Shown here piece by piece: positions 1-11,410 of a stretch of 64,000 bases of DNA. The stretch lies in the NCBI GenBank assembly GCA_964106915.2, contig OZ066914.1; one strand, written 5' to 3'. The position numbers and the translations under genes are program-made. The stretch comes from Podarcis gaigeae (taxonomy: Eukaryota). Every line of letters starts with the position of its first letter. The stretch's first letter is position 1. The notes beneath the pieces are model-generated. The model made no database searches. It was not told where the DNA came from and saw nothing but the letters and a program-made list of their open reading frames with translations.

Positions 1-54
1 GTTAAAGAAATTACAGACAAATGTACCAATTTTGATATTTAACAAAAGAAGGTG

Positions 55-95
55 GTGTGTGTGTGTGTGTGTGTGTGTGTATGAGAGAGAGAGAG
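55..95 (+). repeat. (GT)n then (GA)n microsatellite
   Basis: Direct observation. Confidence 0.9.
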
Positions 96-209
96 TGATG
101 TCCAGTCATAAAAGGACTTGCGAGTCCTGCTGGGAGCCCAGTTGCTGTTCACGAGTCTTTTTCAAATAAAACAAGTATCCAAATAAAAGGATGGGTATCC
201 AACAAATAT

Positions 210-557
210 GGGATGCAGGTGGCGCTGTGGGTTAAACCACAGAGCCTAGGACTTGCTGATCAGAAGGTCGGCGGTTCGAATCCCTGCAACGTGGTGAGCT
301 CCCGTTGCTCGGTCCCTGCTCCTGCCAACCTAGCAGTTCGAAAGCACGTCAAAGTGCAAGTAGATAAATAGGTACCCCTCTGGCGGGAAGGCAAACGGCA
401 TTTCCGTGTGCTGCTCTGGTTCACCAGAAGCGGCTTAGTCATGCTGGCCACATGACCCAGAAGCTGTGCAGCGGCTCCCTCAGCCAATAAAGTGAGATGA
501 GCACCACAACCCCAGAGTCGGCCACGACTGGACCTAATGGTCAGGGGTCCCTTTACC
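210..557 (+). mobile_element. Sauria SINE, full length (subtype A)
   Basis: GGGA.GC.GGTGGCGCTGTGG head, B box GGTTCGAATCC, CCCTTTACC tail; TSD ccaacaaatat at 199-209 and 561-571. Confidence 0.92.
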
Positions 558-1294
558 TACCCAACAAATATGTGTGAAAACACTATGTGGGAATTTGTAG
601 GGATTAAAGCTAGACTGCTGTAGTAAATCTGAGGATTGTGCCTCACCTTGATTTGATTTTCATGTGCCCTATTATTAGGACTCTTGATGATGCCATATAT
701 AAGACTCATCAAGCCATGAAATATGCTAATCCACCTTCAGGTTAGAATTGCTTCACATGTGATATATCTTCAATAAATATCAGCTTTATCTAGGAACTTG
801 TATGTACTTGATATAGAGAGCTCATTTTTCTGCCGCTTCACATATAAGCCCATTTTTTTCTGAATGGAAGCATTATCCCTATGAGAAACATATCTGTAAA
901 AGAAAGCATCCTGACAATTTTAACTTTCTGGTCGCAGGCTGAAGAACATAGAGTCTAACTGCATCCCAGTGAGACTTCAGAGTCCTACCCCCAGTTCATC
1001 TTCTGCAAACAGCATTGCAAGCAACTTTTGAACCTTAAGAGTTTCATTCATCATGTGCTTTTAGAAGACTGCAGCTATAAAGCCAGTGGGAGTCCTGAGC
1101 TTGCACTCTGGCTAAACTTTCCAGTTTTTTGCCATATACACCTGGTAGGCAACTAGTTTCCATGTAGGTTGCTTTTGAGAATAAGCTTTATTTCAGGTCT
1201 ATTATGCAGAGATGATTAAAACAGTCTCCATAGATTCCACTCAGATACTAGGATCCTGCTTTGTTCTCACACAAGACTTTGCACTTTCTTGCAG

Positions 1295-1381
1295 CGCATA
1301 AATTGCCATGTTGCATCGGTTTCAGAACTGAATTTTTCATCAGACTTCACTCTGAGAGTAACAAAGACTTCAGTGTGTACG
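1295..1381 (+). CDS. PRMT3: PRMT3 internal coding exon (4th from last), RINCHVASVSELNFSSDFTLRVTKTSVCT
   Basis: ttcttgcag acceptor and gtaaat donor; 87 nt, phase 0-0; peptide resembles mammalian PRMT3 [29 protein letters not shown]; splices in frame to the next three exons. Confidence 0.93.
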
Positions 1382-2599
1382 GTAAATATTTTATTTCAGC
1401 ATTTCTTGGGGTTTGATTGCCACGCTTTTGAAACCTTTGGTCAAAGCCTTCATTTGCAAACTAGCTAGCTATGGACCATGGTTACGGGATTAAATGTTGG
1501 CATTACCTGATAGCCATTGGTGTATTGCAATCTTGTCAAGCAGTGTCTCCCATCTTGTATAATGTGTTCCTTACACCAGCAGTTATGCCATTCCTCTTAA
1601 GTCCTCTCTCTTTGGGGCCAGCCATGTAGAACGTTATTCCCCCTTTATTCCTGATGTAGATCTTCACTCAACCCTTCTGCGCTGGCAGAAGAGGGGCACC
1701 AATTTGTGGTCACCTCGGGTACCAAAGTGTCTTGGGTTGTCCCTGTTTCTCTTTCATCTCCCTTATTTTTTTTTTTACATTCTAATACTTTTTTACTCTT
1801 TTTCCTGTGTAAGCTTGTTTCACCATTCCTTCCTTTCCACTTGTCACAAGCTTATCTACTATCTCCTTTTAACAATTTATCCTCCACCCACCTTCTGAAC
1901 TCTTTGTGACCCTTTTCATATGGAGTTTCTCCCTTTCTCACTATGAATTGTAATTTTTACACCCACTTTTCCAGTAAAGCGGTTTCTGCATGTTGCCTTC
2001 ACATATATCATTGCTTGTATCTTCCTGTTTATTTGTGTGGGTTTGGGGTATGGGTTGTAACTTCATTTTCGAACCAAAGCATGTATTTGTTGCTTTTTAT
2101 ATACACTTGCATTCTCCAGCCTTAAAAATATAGTGATACAGGTGAAATGTTTGGTTTGGAAGTTTCTAGTTTTGGATCAGAGATTTGTGGTGTTGCGCAA
2201 AAAAACAAAACACTTTGTCAAGTATTGCGTACTTCATCATGTAAGATTATTGACATCTTATGACCAGAATTTCCACTCCTTTTGTGATGGAGTATAGCAG
2301 TTTAGTTAGAGGCTGACAGTCCATCCATCACATCAGGCTGCCTAACCTTGCAGTAAATGAACAATAAATCCATTATATGTATTGGAGATTTTGAAGATGG
2401 TTTAAAAGTGTATTTCTTCAGCTGGACAAATATTCACCCTTGATTTTCTGTATGTAGAATTTTAGTTTGGCTTAAGATACAAGAATAAAGGTTTAATGTC
2501 ATAACATTTTTGGTCTTAAAACTAATGTGGCTGTTTTTCCCCTTTGAGGAAAGATGGGTTAGAGTCTCAGTTCAGAGTCAAACTACATCAACAGAAGTA

Positions 2600-2690
2600 T
2601 AGTGTCCAGATCAAGCAAAGTAATAGTTCCACTCTATTATGCCTTGCTCAGTCCACACTTGGAATACTGTGTCCAGTTATTGACACCACA
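2600..2690 (+). mobile_element. CR1 LINE RT fragment
   Basis: Degenerate IVPLY.AL..PHLEYCVQ coding motif. Confidence 0.7.
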
Positions 2691-3898
2691 ATGTGTTTTC
2701 TATTTGATTTAGTCCAGAAACTTAAGGGAAGAGGAAGTTGAGCGTTGTTCTTCAAGGCAATATTTCTATTTTTAGAACCATTTGGGGAGAGTTCCAATCA
2801 ATCCATGTTGTAACTATAAATTCCTTAGCTTTACATCGGGATATTTATGGGCCAGGCACAGTCTACAACATTGGAAAGTAGACTTTGGCATATATCTAGA
2901 GATTCATGTTCAGCCACTCTTAGAACTTTAATATACAGTCACTGACCCAGGTTTGCAGGTCACTGTGAAATTCCTACCCATCTTGGAACAGGCAGCTATT
3001 AACATTTTAACACTCCCTCCCTCTTCATAAATCTGCCTGTTCTCCTCTACCCCCTGCTTTCTCATGACCCAAACCCCTGCCATTATTGTGGGCCTGATCC
3101 TCTGTGCCATTCCCCAGTCCTTATATGTCAACTTCCCATTTCTATCATAGATACAAGCAAAGTGTAAGGTGTGTGTTTAGCCAAAGTGGGTTGGGCAGCC
3201 TGTGAACAATTTTACTCAAAATAGCCATTTCAGATGTCTGTAAATAATTGTATTTTGGCTGTTCGAGCCATACAACAATTTTATTCTTCAGTGTCTTTTT
3301 GGCAATTCATTTCGGACCAAGCTGACCATGTGTTTGCATGTTCTCGCCATAGGCCAATTTGAAATTTCACCACCTGAGGTGAAACGGGAATGTGCCTCTC
3401 CCTGCCCCCCTGCCACACCTCGCCTCACATGAGAGGAGGAGCATTCCTCAGTGCTTTAATACTCATCTTCTTTGCCCCGGGGCAGAAAAGATGAGCGGCA
3501 CTGTCATGCGCTGGAATGCTCCCGGCAAGAGAGAGCATTCTGCAAGCGGTTGAACAGGCAGGGCACCGCCTCTTGTGCTTCCACCACTTTACCCAACCTC
3601 ATGGGCTCTGTAAGCAAAGAGCAGAAATACAAGTGCATCATGTGCATGGATATCTGGTTCCACCCCCCCCCCCAATAGGTACTCTTAAAATGTCTGATAA
3701 TCAGCTTTAATATATTGCTACATTCACAGATCTTTTGGGATTAAGCAGGCTAAAAACTAAATTGAATTGCCCAAGTTTACTTGATTGAAATCACAGTATA
3801 CATACTAAAATTAATGTGCTTGATAGATGGTTTCCTCCCTAGCACAAAACAGGTATTGTGAGAAGCTTTTAGTTAATATCAGTTATTAAGTTCAGTTA

Positions 3899-4253
3899 GG
3901 GACACGGGTGGCGCTGTGGGTAAAACCTCAGCGCCTAGGACTTGCCGATCGTCAGGTTGGCAGTTCGAATCCCCGCGGCGGGGTGCGCTCCCATGGTTCG
4001 GTCCCAGCGCCTGCCAACCTAGCAGTTCGAAAGCACCCCCGGGTACAAGTAGATAAATAGGGACCGCTTACTAGCGGGAAGGTAAACGCCGTTTCTGTGT
4101 GCTGCGCTGGCTCGTCAGATGCAGCTTGTCACACTGGCCACGTGACCCGAAAGTTTCTTCGGACAGTGCTGGCCCCCGGCCTCTTAAGTGAGATGGGCGC
4201 ACAACCCCAGAGCCGGACATGACTGGCCCGTACGGGCAGGGGTACCTTTACCT
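3899..4253 (+). mobile_element. Sauria SINE, full length (subtype B)
   Basis: Same head; tail GGCCCGTACGGGCAGGGGTACCTTTACC; TSD ttattaagttcagt at 3883-3896 and 4254-4267. Confidence 0.92.
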
Positions 4254-4998
4254 TTATTAAGTTCAGTATCAATTGCTGTTGATAGGTTCTTGGTGGTGTT
4301 AGCGGTAATCTTATTAAGTTTTGCTATATGGCTAAGACTTCAGTCCTCCACCCACTTACCTGGCAGTAAGCCTTGTTGAATATGATGAGACTGACTTCTG
4401 AGTGGACAATGGTGGGTTCGCTCTAAAAGCATGGAATCTGCCTTTGAGGGCCCTTTAAAGACTGCTGAGAGTTCTGCCGCATGATTGGCTGGTTTCGGGG
4501 TTGGGAGCAGTAAGAATAGGCAATGCAAATTTTAACCCTGCTTTCCCCCTTCTGATTCATACTCGGGTGGTTCCACACATAACTTCTGGCTCACCCACAG
4601 AGGAGGTGGTAGATTGGATAACTCCCCATATATGCAGGAACTTATTTGCTTGTAATTTTAAAAGCTAAGGACTGCCATGCTCATTGCTGTCTTGGATGCA
4701 TTAAATGTTGTTGTGTTAGCTAGAGGGAAACGGTGGTGGTGGTGTGAAGAAAACAGGATTAAGCATATATTGACCTCGTTCACCCCCTGACAACTTAACG
4801 TTATCCTGGGGGTGGAGTGTTGGCATCAGGGGACGCATGGCACATACTTACGCTGACCCAATTTTGCACCCAAATTCTCATATACTCTCCAATGGGAGGA
4901 AAAATACCCTCCTACTTCAATCTGTATTGTTGAAATTGTGCGAGCCAGGCAGCTACTAATAGACCCAAATCTCAGGTATCACCACTATAGGTCAATTA

Positions 4999-5343
4999 AA
5001 GGTAAAGGGACCCCTGACCATTAGGTCCAGTCGTGGCCGACTCTGGGGTTGCGGCGCTCATCTCACTTTATTGGCCGAGGGAGCCGGCATACAGCTTCCA
5101 GGTCATGTGGCCAGCATGACTAAGCTGCTTCTGGCGAACCAGAGCAGCGCACAGAAACGCAGTTTACCTTCCCACTGGAGCGGTACCTATTTATCTACTT
5201 GCACTTTGACACGCTTTCGAACTGCTAGGTGGGCAGGAGCAGGGAGCAACGGGAGCTCGCCCCATTGTGGGGATGCGAACTGCCAACCTTCTGATCGGCA
5301 AGTCCTAGGTTCTGTGGTTTAACCCACAGCGCCACCCGTGTCC
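4999..5343 (-). mobile_element. Sauria SINE, full length (subtype A)
   Basis: Reverse complement of the 210-557 type; perfect TSD ctataggtcaatta at 4985-4998 and 5344-5357. Confidence 0.92.
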
Positions 5344-8300
5344 CTATAGGTCAATTAGGTTATAGCAATAGACTGCTGAGATTTAGAGCTAGGTGAGCAG
5401 GAATCTATTATCTGGCTGCAAAGTTCAGCAATTCACTACTATACTAGGGTGGAGAGAATTTCTCTGCCATTTATTTCCCCTCCATGATCTTTGCAGACCC
5501 CAACTTGGAAGTGATGAATGAAAGAGGAACTGCTTTCATCAAGGAATAAAAAGCTAACGCTTTGCCATATGAGAAGCAGTTTTACAAGGCTGAAGATAAT
5601 TTAATTTTCAGACAGTATCAAACTTTGAATAGTATGGTACAAAGACTACTTGAATAATACCTAATGTGCTCAGTTATTCTACTTTTGAGATGGAATGAGG
5701 CTTTGTACAGGGTACAATAAACGAAGTAAATTTTCTTCAGTACCCCCCCTCCCCCTTTGAAGAGTAAGGATCATTCAGTAATCTTGAGGTACTGAGTTGT
5801 TTTCATTTAAGAAATATCATTTTAAAAACAAAAGTGGTATTTCTGCACCAAGAACATAGTGATTGTCTGTCTCCCTCTCCCTCTCTGCTGCATGGCTTAC
5901 AAGCATTTCATCTCCATGCTTGGATAAACTCCATCAAAAGCACATTATCCTCCTACTTCTGTGGCCAGCTGCCTAATTGTATCTGCTCTAGCTGCATGCT
6001 GTTGGAACACGATACTGACGAGGAACAAAAATGATAAATTACTCCCTGCAGCTGATAGCGATGATGGTAACTTTTAATTTCCTCTCTCCTAAGTGAATTG
6101 GTCAAATTGCTTTTAACTGGTTTCACAGGGGTTTGTATAAATCAGACAGGGATTTACAATTGGGAACAGAAGTGTTTTCCTAGAGAAGCGGCACAGGTAA
6201 ATGAAGAAGCCGATTTGAGATTTGCTCAAATCTGTGCTTTGCTCTGTTCTTAAAAAAATTAAAATGAGATGCCTGAAATACAGGATAACGAATGGGTAAA
6301 CTGTGGGTGTTTCACCATCTTCAACAGACACTGGGTTTTTTTAGAGTGAGAGACTGCTTATTTTGTGGTTTTTGTGAATAAAATTGTGCCCCGCTGTGGC
6401 AACAGAACAAATAATTAAGGCACAGAGCTGCAATATATTTGATTTGTGTGAGAAATCATGCACACACAGAGAGAGAGACACCTTGTACTTGCAGTTCCCA
6501 GATTGGTTACCTTATGGCTACCGATGTCTGATTATTTACATGTTCCCAGTAATATATTTGGGAGAATTTCTACATTAAGGCAAACTAGCCTGGCTTATAT
6601 TTCAATGTCAGCTTGGTCTGTGAATTGATTTCACAGGTCTGCATACAGGCTTAATGATCACATTTGCAGCTCTGGTGCTCCTCCTTTTCCCCTCTGCATA
6701 GCTGACTTGGTTTATGAGCAGGAGAAATTTGTTGTGGAGGGTTTTTTTGTGAATTTCTACATCTCATTAACCTCCTTGCTCTTTTTTGCTTGCCTACTTT
6801 TCAAAACAACCACCTTCCCCTCAACATGCAGAGCGGTTCTGTCTGTTGATGGGATGTTGAGAACAGAAGGCAGAATAATTACTCTACTGCGGTGTATCTT
6901 TAACAAAAAGCATCCTTTCGCAGTGCTCAATAGGCCAGATCTTCAGTTATATACGACCAATCCCATTGTGTTTGCTTTCAATTTCCTACTGGTTACTGTT
7001 CAGAGAATAGTGTTTGAATGACTCTAGTGGAGATGCTGGAGTCTATTGTGATTATTTCTCTGGGGGCCTATATATCTGTTGTCAGACGAAGTGCTGTGGT
7101 GGGGAAGGAGGTAAAAGCAAGCATAAGTCACTTGCATGTAAAACAAAATAATACCTGAAGTAACTGTTTCTAAGAGCCAACACCATTTTCAGTTTTATTG
7201 CAGTTTTTATCTTTATATTCTATTTTCTACGCTGACCTTTCTGCTTTAACTTAAAAAATATATTTTGTATCTTGTCTCAAAGCTGTTCGTATAATGTTGG
7301 ATAAAAGGTCAAATAAATAAAAATGATTGCTCCGCTAAATTACGAAGCTATCTAATCTCTCAAATGTATATAGCAAGTCTCAGTTAGAATGGTTCTGCAG
7401 AAGATGAACTGTGAGGAAGTACACTGGTCTTTCGTTCGACATCCAGTCTGTAATATTAAGAGATAAAAGATATATGCAACTTTTAAGAAGGAAGACAGAA
7501 AACTAAAGTGGGAGGAATGGCGTAACATTAGTTGTTCAAGCAAGCCTTCCCCTTTAATAAAACCCCCCTGGAAAATATTTGTGTCTCCGACTGTGGCTTT
7601 GACATACATCAGACAGTTCCACAACCAGGAAGAAACAGAATATAAAATATCATAGAATCCAGCAATTTGTACAGAAAGGGGAAACATGAATAGCAGACAT
7701 TCAATTCAACCAAGTTTTACTCAAAGTAGACCTGTTGAAATTAGTAGGCCTAACTTAGTCATGTTCATTAATTTCAGTGTGTCTACTCTAAGTAAAATAT
7801 AGTTGAATAACTCTCAATGTGTTTTAAAATTGCCCACTCATGTGGTAGGAAAATTAAAACACAGGAGCATATGCAGCATTTCATGAACAGAAGACAGCTT
7901 GCACAATGTATATTTTCCCCTAGAGTCCCCTCCCAGCCTTTCCAGAGACTTGGGAAGACCTAACAGACATTGTGGATGGTGATGTGAAAAGTGCAAGACC
8001 TCTATGCCAGATTTGGGGGAATTCCCTTGCCCCCTGCAGCCCTGTGGAACACAGCCCACAATGTGTGGTGACTCTCTGGAGAGGCTTTTTGGGGGTGGTG
8101 GGGAGATGGAAAGATCTGTTGCATGACGTGATATAAGGCAGCTTCCTGTATGACAGTAGAGAGCACTTTGCTAATAATGCAAAGGAGGGGAATGCATTTG
8201 TTCCATTGCCTGGGGTGATGAGGAAAGAAACCCAAATAGTTAAAAAACATAATTTGCTTATTCAGTATTTCTCCACTCACACGATGCCCCTGCTGGATGG

Positions 8301-9179
8301 AGAAAAGGGGGGAGTCTGCAGCCCTCTGAAAAACTGCAGTGCAAGACTGAGGAACCCTCCAGGGCCATGAGATGGGTGGGGTAGGGAGATGGAAAGGGAA
8401 GGGGAAAACAGGTGAAAATTGTCTCCCCACCCTTTCTTCAGTGGGAGGCTCTGCTGAATCTGGGCCTCTTTCACTTCATGGGAATCTGGCCTGTGGAATA
8501 TAGAAGCACTGCAGTTGCTTCGTTAGGATTTAGCATTCTGTTAGGTAAGGTACTGGCTAAAGTCGAATAGAGTCTAAAGGGCAGGTTTTCGTCCCCTTGT
8601 GCTCTGAAATGGTTGCATCATCCATTTGGATTGGGTAGTGCTAGAACATGACTGACACACTAGAACCATTCCAGATGGTTGCATTCACTTATTGATGTAT
8701 TCTTCAAGGACCTTGTCACCGTTTGGTGCTTATCAATACCAATTGCAATTTGAAACTTCCCAGTTATTGAGGAAAACTCATGAATGATGCTTCATTCTTG
8801 GTGGCGGTGGGGTGTTTGACAGATGTCCTTCATGAGCGGCCTTTCATCCATGTTCTTGTACAGAGAATGCTGCCCACATGCAGATGCAGATTTCTGTTTG
8901 AAAATTGCATCAGTCAGCAGCAGACAGTGGGGAAAGGAACCATGTGGTGCTCACTAGCCATGGTTACTTGAGGGAACATTTTAGAGTTTGTATCTATTGA
9001 ATCCATGCTTATTGGCTGGGGTGGGATTGAGAGCATAATTAGGCTTTGTGGGTGTTTAGCAATATGTAGGCCACTTTCCATTGTTCTTGCAACTGGAAGA
9101 TGGTCTTAACTGGACTTGTATGTAGCATTTAGCTTCTTGTGGTTTAGGCATGTAGCAAAAACTAGGGAGTGTGCTGTCA

Positions 9180-9420
9180 CAAGAGGTAGTGAGGCTTTTA
9201 GAAGAGGATTAGACCAATTCATGGAAGATAAGGCCATCAGTGACTACTAACCCTGATGGCTGTGTTCCACTTCCACTGTTGAAGGCAGTATGCCTCTGAA
9301 AGCCACTTGCTGGGATCACAAATGAGGAGATCTCTGTTGCACTCAGGTTCTGCCATGGGCATCTGGTTGTTGGACTAGAAGGGCCTTTGGCCTGATCTTA
9401 TCCAGAAGCTCTTCTTACTT
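9180..9420 (+). mobile_element. CR1 LINE 3' end
   Basis: F.RGLDQFME-type ORF2 end and 3' UTR shared with 54095-54360. Confidence 0.65.
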
Positions 9421-9907
9421 CCTTCTTATGATCTGATGCATTTTCTGCAACACAGTTTGATGCACCAGAGGCAAGAGCCCTCTTAAAGTAACCAGACAAA
9501 TGAATGCATGCTTTGGACAGTTTTGGCTGGCTTTGGTAGTCTTTTCATTTGTACTTTGATTCTGAGCAGTGTATTTGCAGTAGCTCCCCATTCTCCATAC
9601 CCTGGAAACACAACAATATTGCTTCTATTACAGTAATGAAAATGGAAGGACAAACCTTAACTGAATAAAGGCCACAGCTTTAACCCTTCATATTTGCTGG
9701 CCTTAAACAACATGTTAAGGAGCCATTGTATTTGCTGAATGACATCAAGGTGGTTGAGTTTTCAGTTTGTTTTGAATGCCCATGCCCAAGCAAGAACTTG
9801 GTATTACTCAATATATTATTTCCAGCAATTATATTGATGATATCAAGAAACACTTCAAGGATAATGAATGTGAAGATTGCTGATGTTTGTTTATTTCTAA
9901 ATTGCAG

Positions 9908-9958
9908 GCCGTTGCTGGATATTTTGATATATATTTTGAGAAGAATTGCAGTAAAACA
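9908..9958 (+). CDS. PRMT3: PRMT3 coding exon (3rd from last), AVAGYFDIYFEKNCSKT
   Basis: ttgcag acceptor, gtgagt donor; 51 nt; GYFDIYFEKNC motif of the PRMT3 beta-barrel. Confidence 0.95.
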
Positions 9959-10135
9959 GTGAGTACATGTTCAAAATTAATTTAAAGATATATATTTTGT
10001 CAGCTTTTTGCCTTAAGGTGTTTTGGAATAAGTCTGTTTTGCTGTTGCAAGCATTTAATGTATGTGTGCTAGATTAATGTAGCATGATATTAAGTCTTGT
10101 ATGTCATCACAGATTTTTGAACTCTGTCACTGCAG

Positions 10136-10223
10136 GTATTGTTCTCAACTAGTCCCTGCTGTACCAAAACACACTGGAAGCAAACAGCATTTTTTTTGGA
10201 GAACCCAATTTCTGTGGTAGAAG
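10136..10223 (+). CDS. PRMT3: PRMT3 penultimate exon, VLFSTSPCCTKTHWKQTAFFLENPISVVE(G)
   Basis: ctgcag acceptor, gtacag donor; 88 nt; contains the THW loop (THWKQT) of type I arginine methyltransferases. Confidence 0.96.
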
Positions 10224-11276
10224 GTACAGTATTTTTTTCTTAGCTAAATATAATTTCTATAATACTAGATTCTTCTTGATACACTTTCAGATTTGTTTCC
10301 AAAGCTGAAAGTAAACACTTGGGAATTTCCTGCACAACATCCAATAATAATTTCCCTCCTGCCTTATACTATAGGTGAAAGTTCTTGCTTTTAGTTCACC
10401 AAAATAATGTGACTAGAGGCTTACAAGGACTTTGCCTCATGCAGTATTGCATTATGAATGCTCTTTCACTAGATAGATGAATACACATACTCTGCACATA
10501 GGCAAGTAGAACAAAAGAAAGAGGACTAGGTAAAAATATTTCTCCCCCATATACTAGCTTTCTACATGCAGGGACTTTTTACATGACAACAATCAAAACT
10601 GCAACCCCTGTCATCTAGCCAGGAGTTGTAAGAGTCCAAGAAAGACTTTGGTCCCTTATTTCCCCAGTGAGTAGTGATGTTTACATACCATGTCATAATG
10701 ACTTGTTCACACTACATGTGCAGAGCAAGTCACTGTTTGCTTAAATCAAATTTTACCAGCATATTACTTAACATGTTTCTAAGTTGAGCATACACTTCAT
10801 GTAGAAGTAGTGTATATTTACAGAATCTACCCGCATTCATATGCAGGGAAGAGTATGTTGGGCCATAACTTCCCAAGGGAGAGAAGGAAAATGCATTCAT
10901 ATGCAGTGGCTTCAGGGGTGGTGAAATACACAATATGCACACACAGTTGTTCTCCATGTGTAGCTTCTGCAGTGGAACTGTGCTTCTGGCCACGCCCCTG
11001 ATAGTACTGGTTGCGTGGCTGGGAAAGCAGCGTAGGAGCAGCTGTTCATATGTAGACTTGTCTGATTTTATTAAATTTCCCCTCCCTTCCTGCAGAGAGC
11101 ACTGCAACCAAATGTGGCATGACCAGTGCAGTATTCAGGGTCAGGAGCAGGGCCAGCGGTAGACATCCACTGCCCACTTGTCCACATGTAGAAGCCGTGC
11201 ATGAAGAAAGAATTAATAAGGCCACTGTAGCCTCTTAGTGAAGCAGGCCTTAGTTGCTTTTGATCTATGTGTAGTC

Positions 11277-11410
11277 CAGGGGTAGACAACATGGTACCCT
11301 CCAGATGCTCCAGGACCACAGTTCCCATGATGCCTGACCATTCACCATGCTGGTTGGGGCAAATGGGAATTGGAATCCAACGACACCTGGAGGGTACCTG
11401 ATCTAACCTG
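11277..11410. mobile_element. Old hAT-like hairpin MITE (~135 bp)
   Basis: CCCTCCAGATG...CCCATGAT...ATGGGA...CACCTGGAGGG self-complementary layout; relatives at ~30661-30775, 33327-33395, 34628-34765, 56822-56996, 58404-58552, 59529-59665. Confidence 0.7.

Noticed and set aside
210-290. tRNA-like A/B boxes (also 47300, 51800)
   Set aside because: SINE heads; no complete cloverleaf
260-487. Recurring similar ORFs (also 5071, 17988, 26722)
   Set aside because: Antisense translations of Sauria SINE copies, not a gene family
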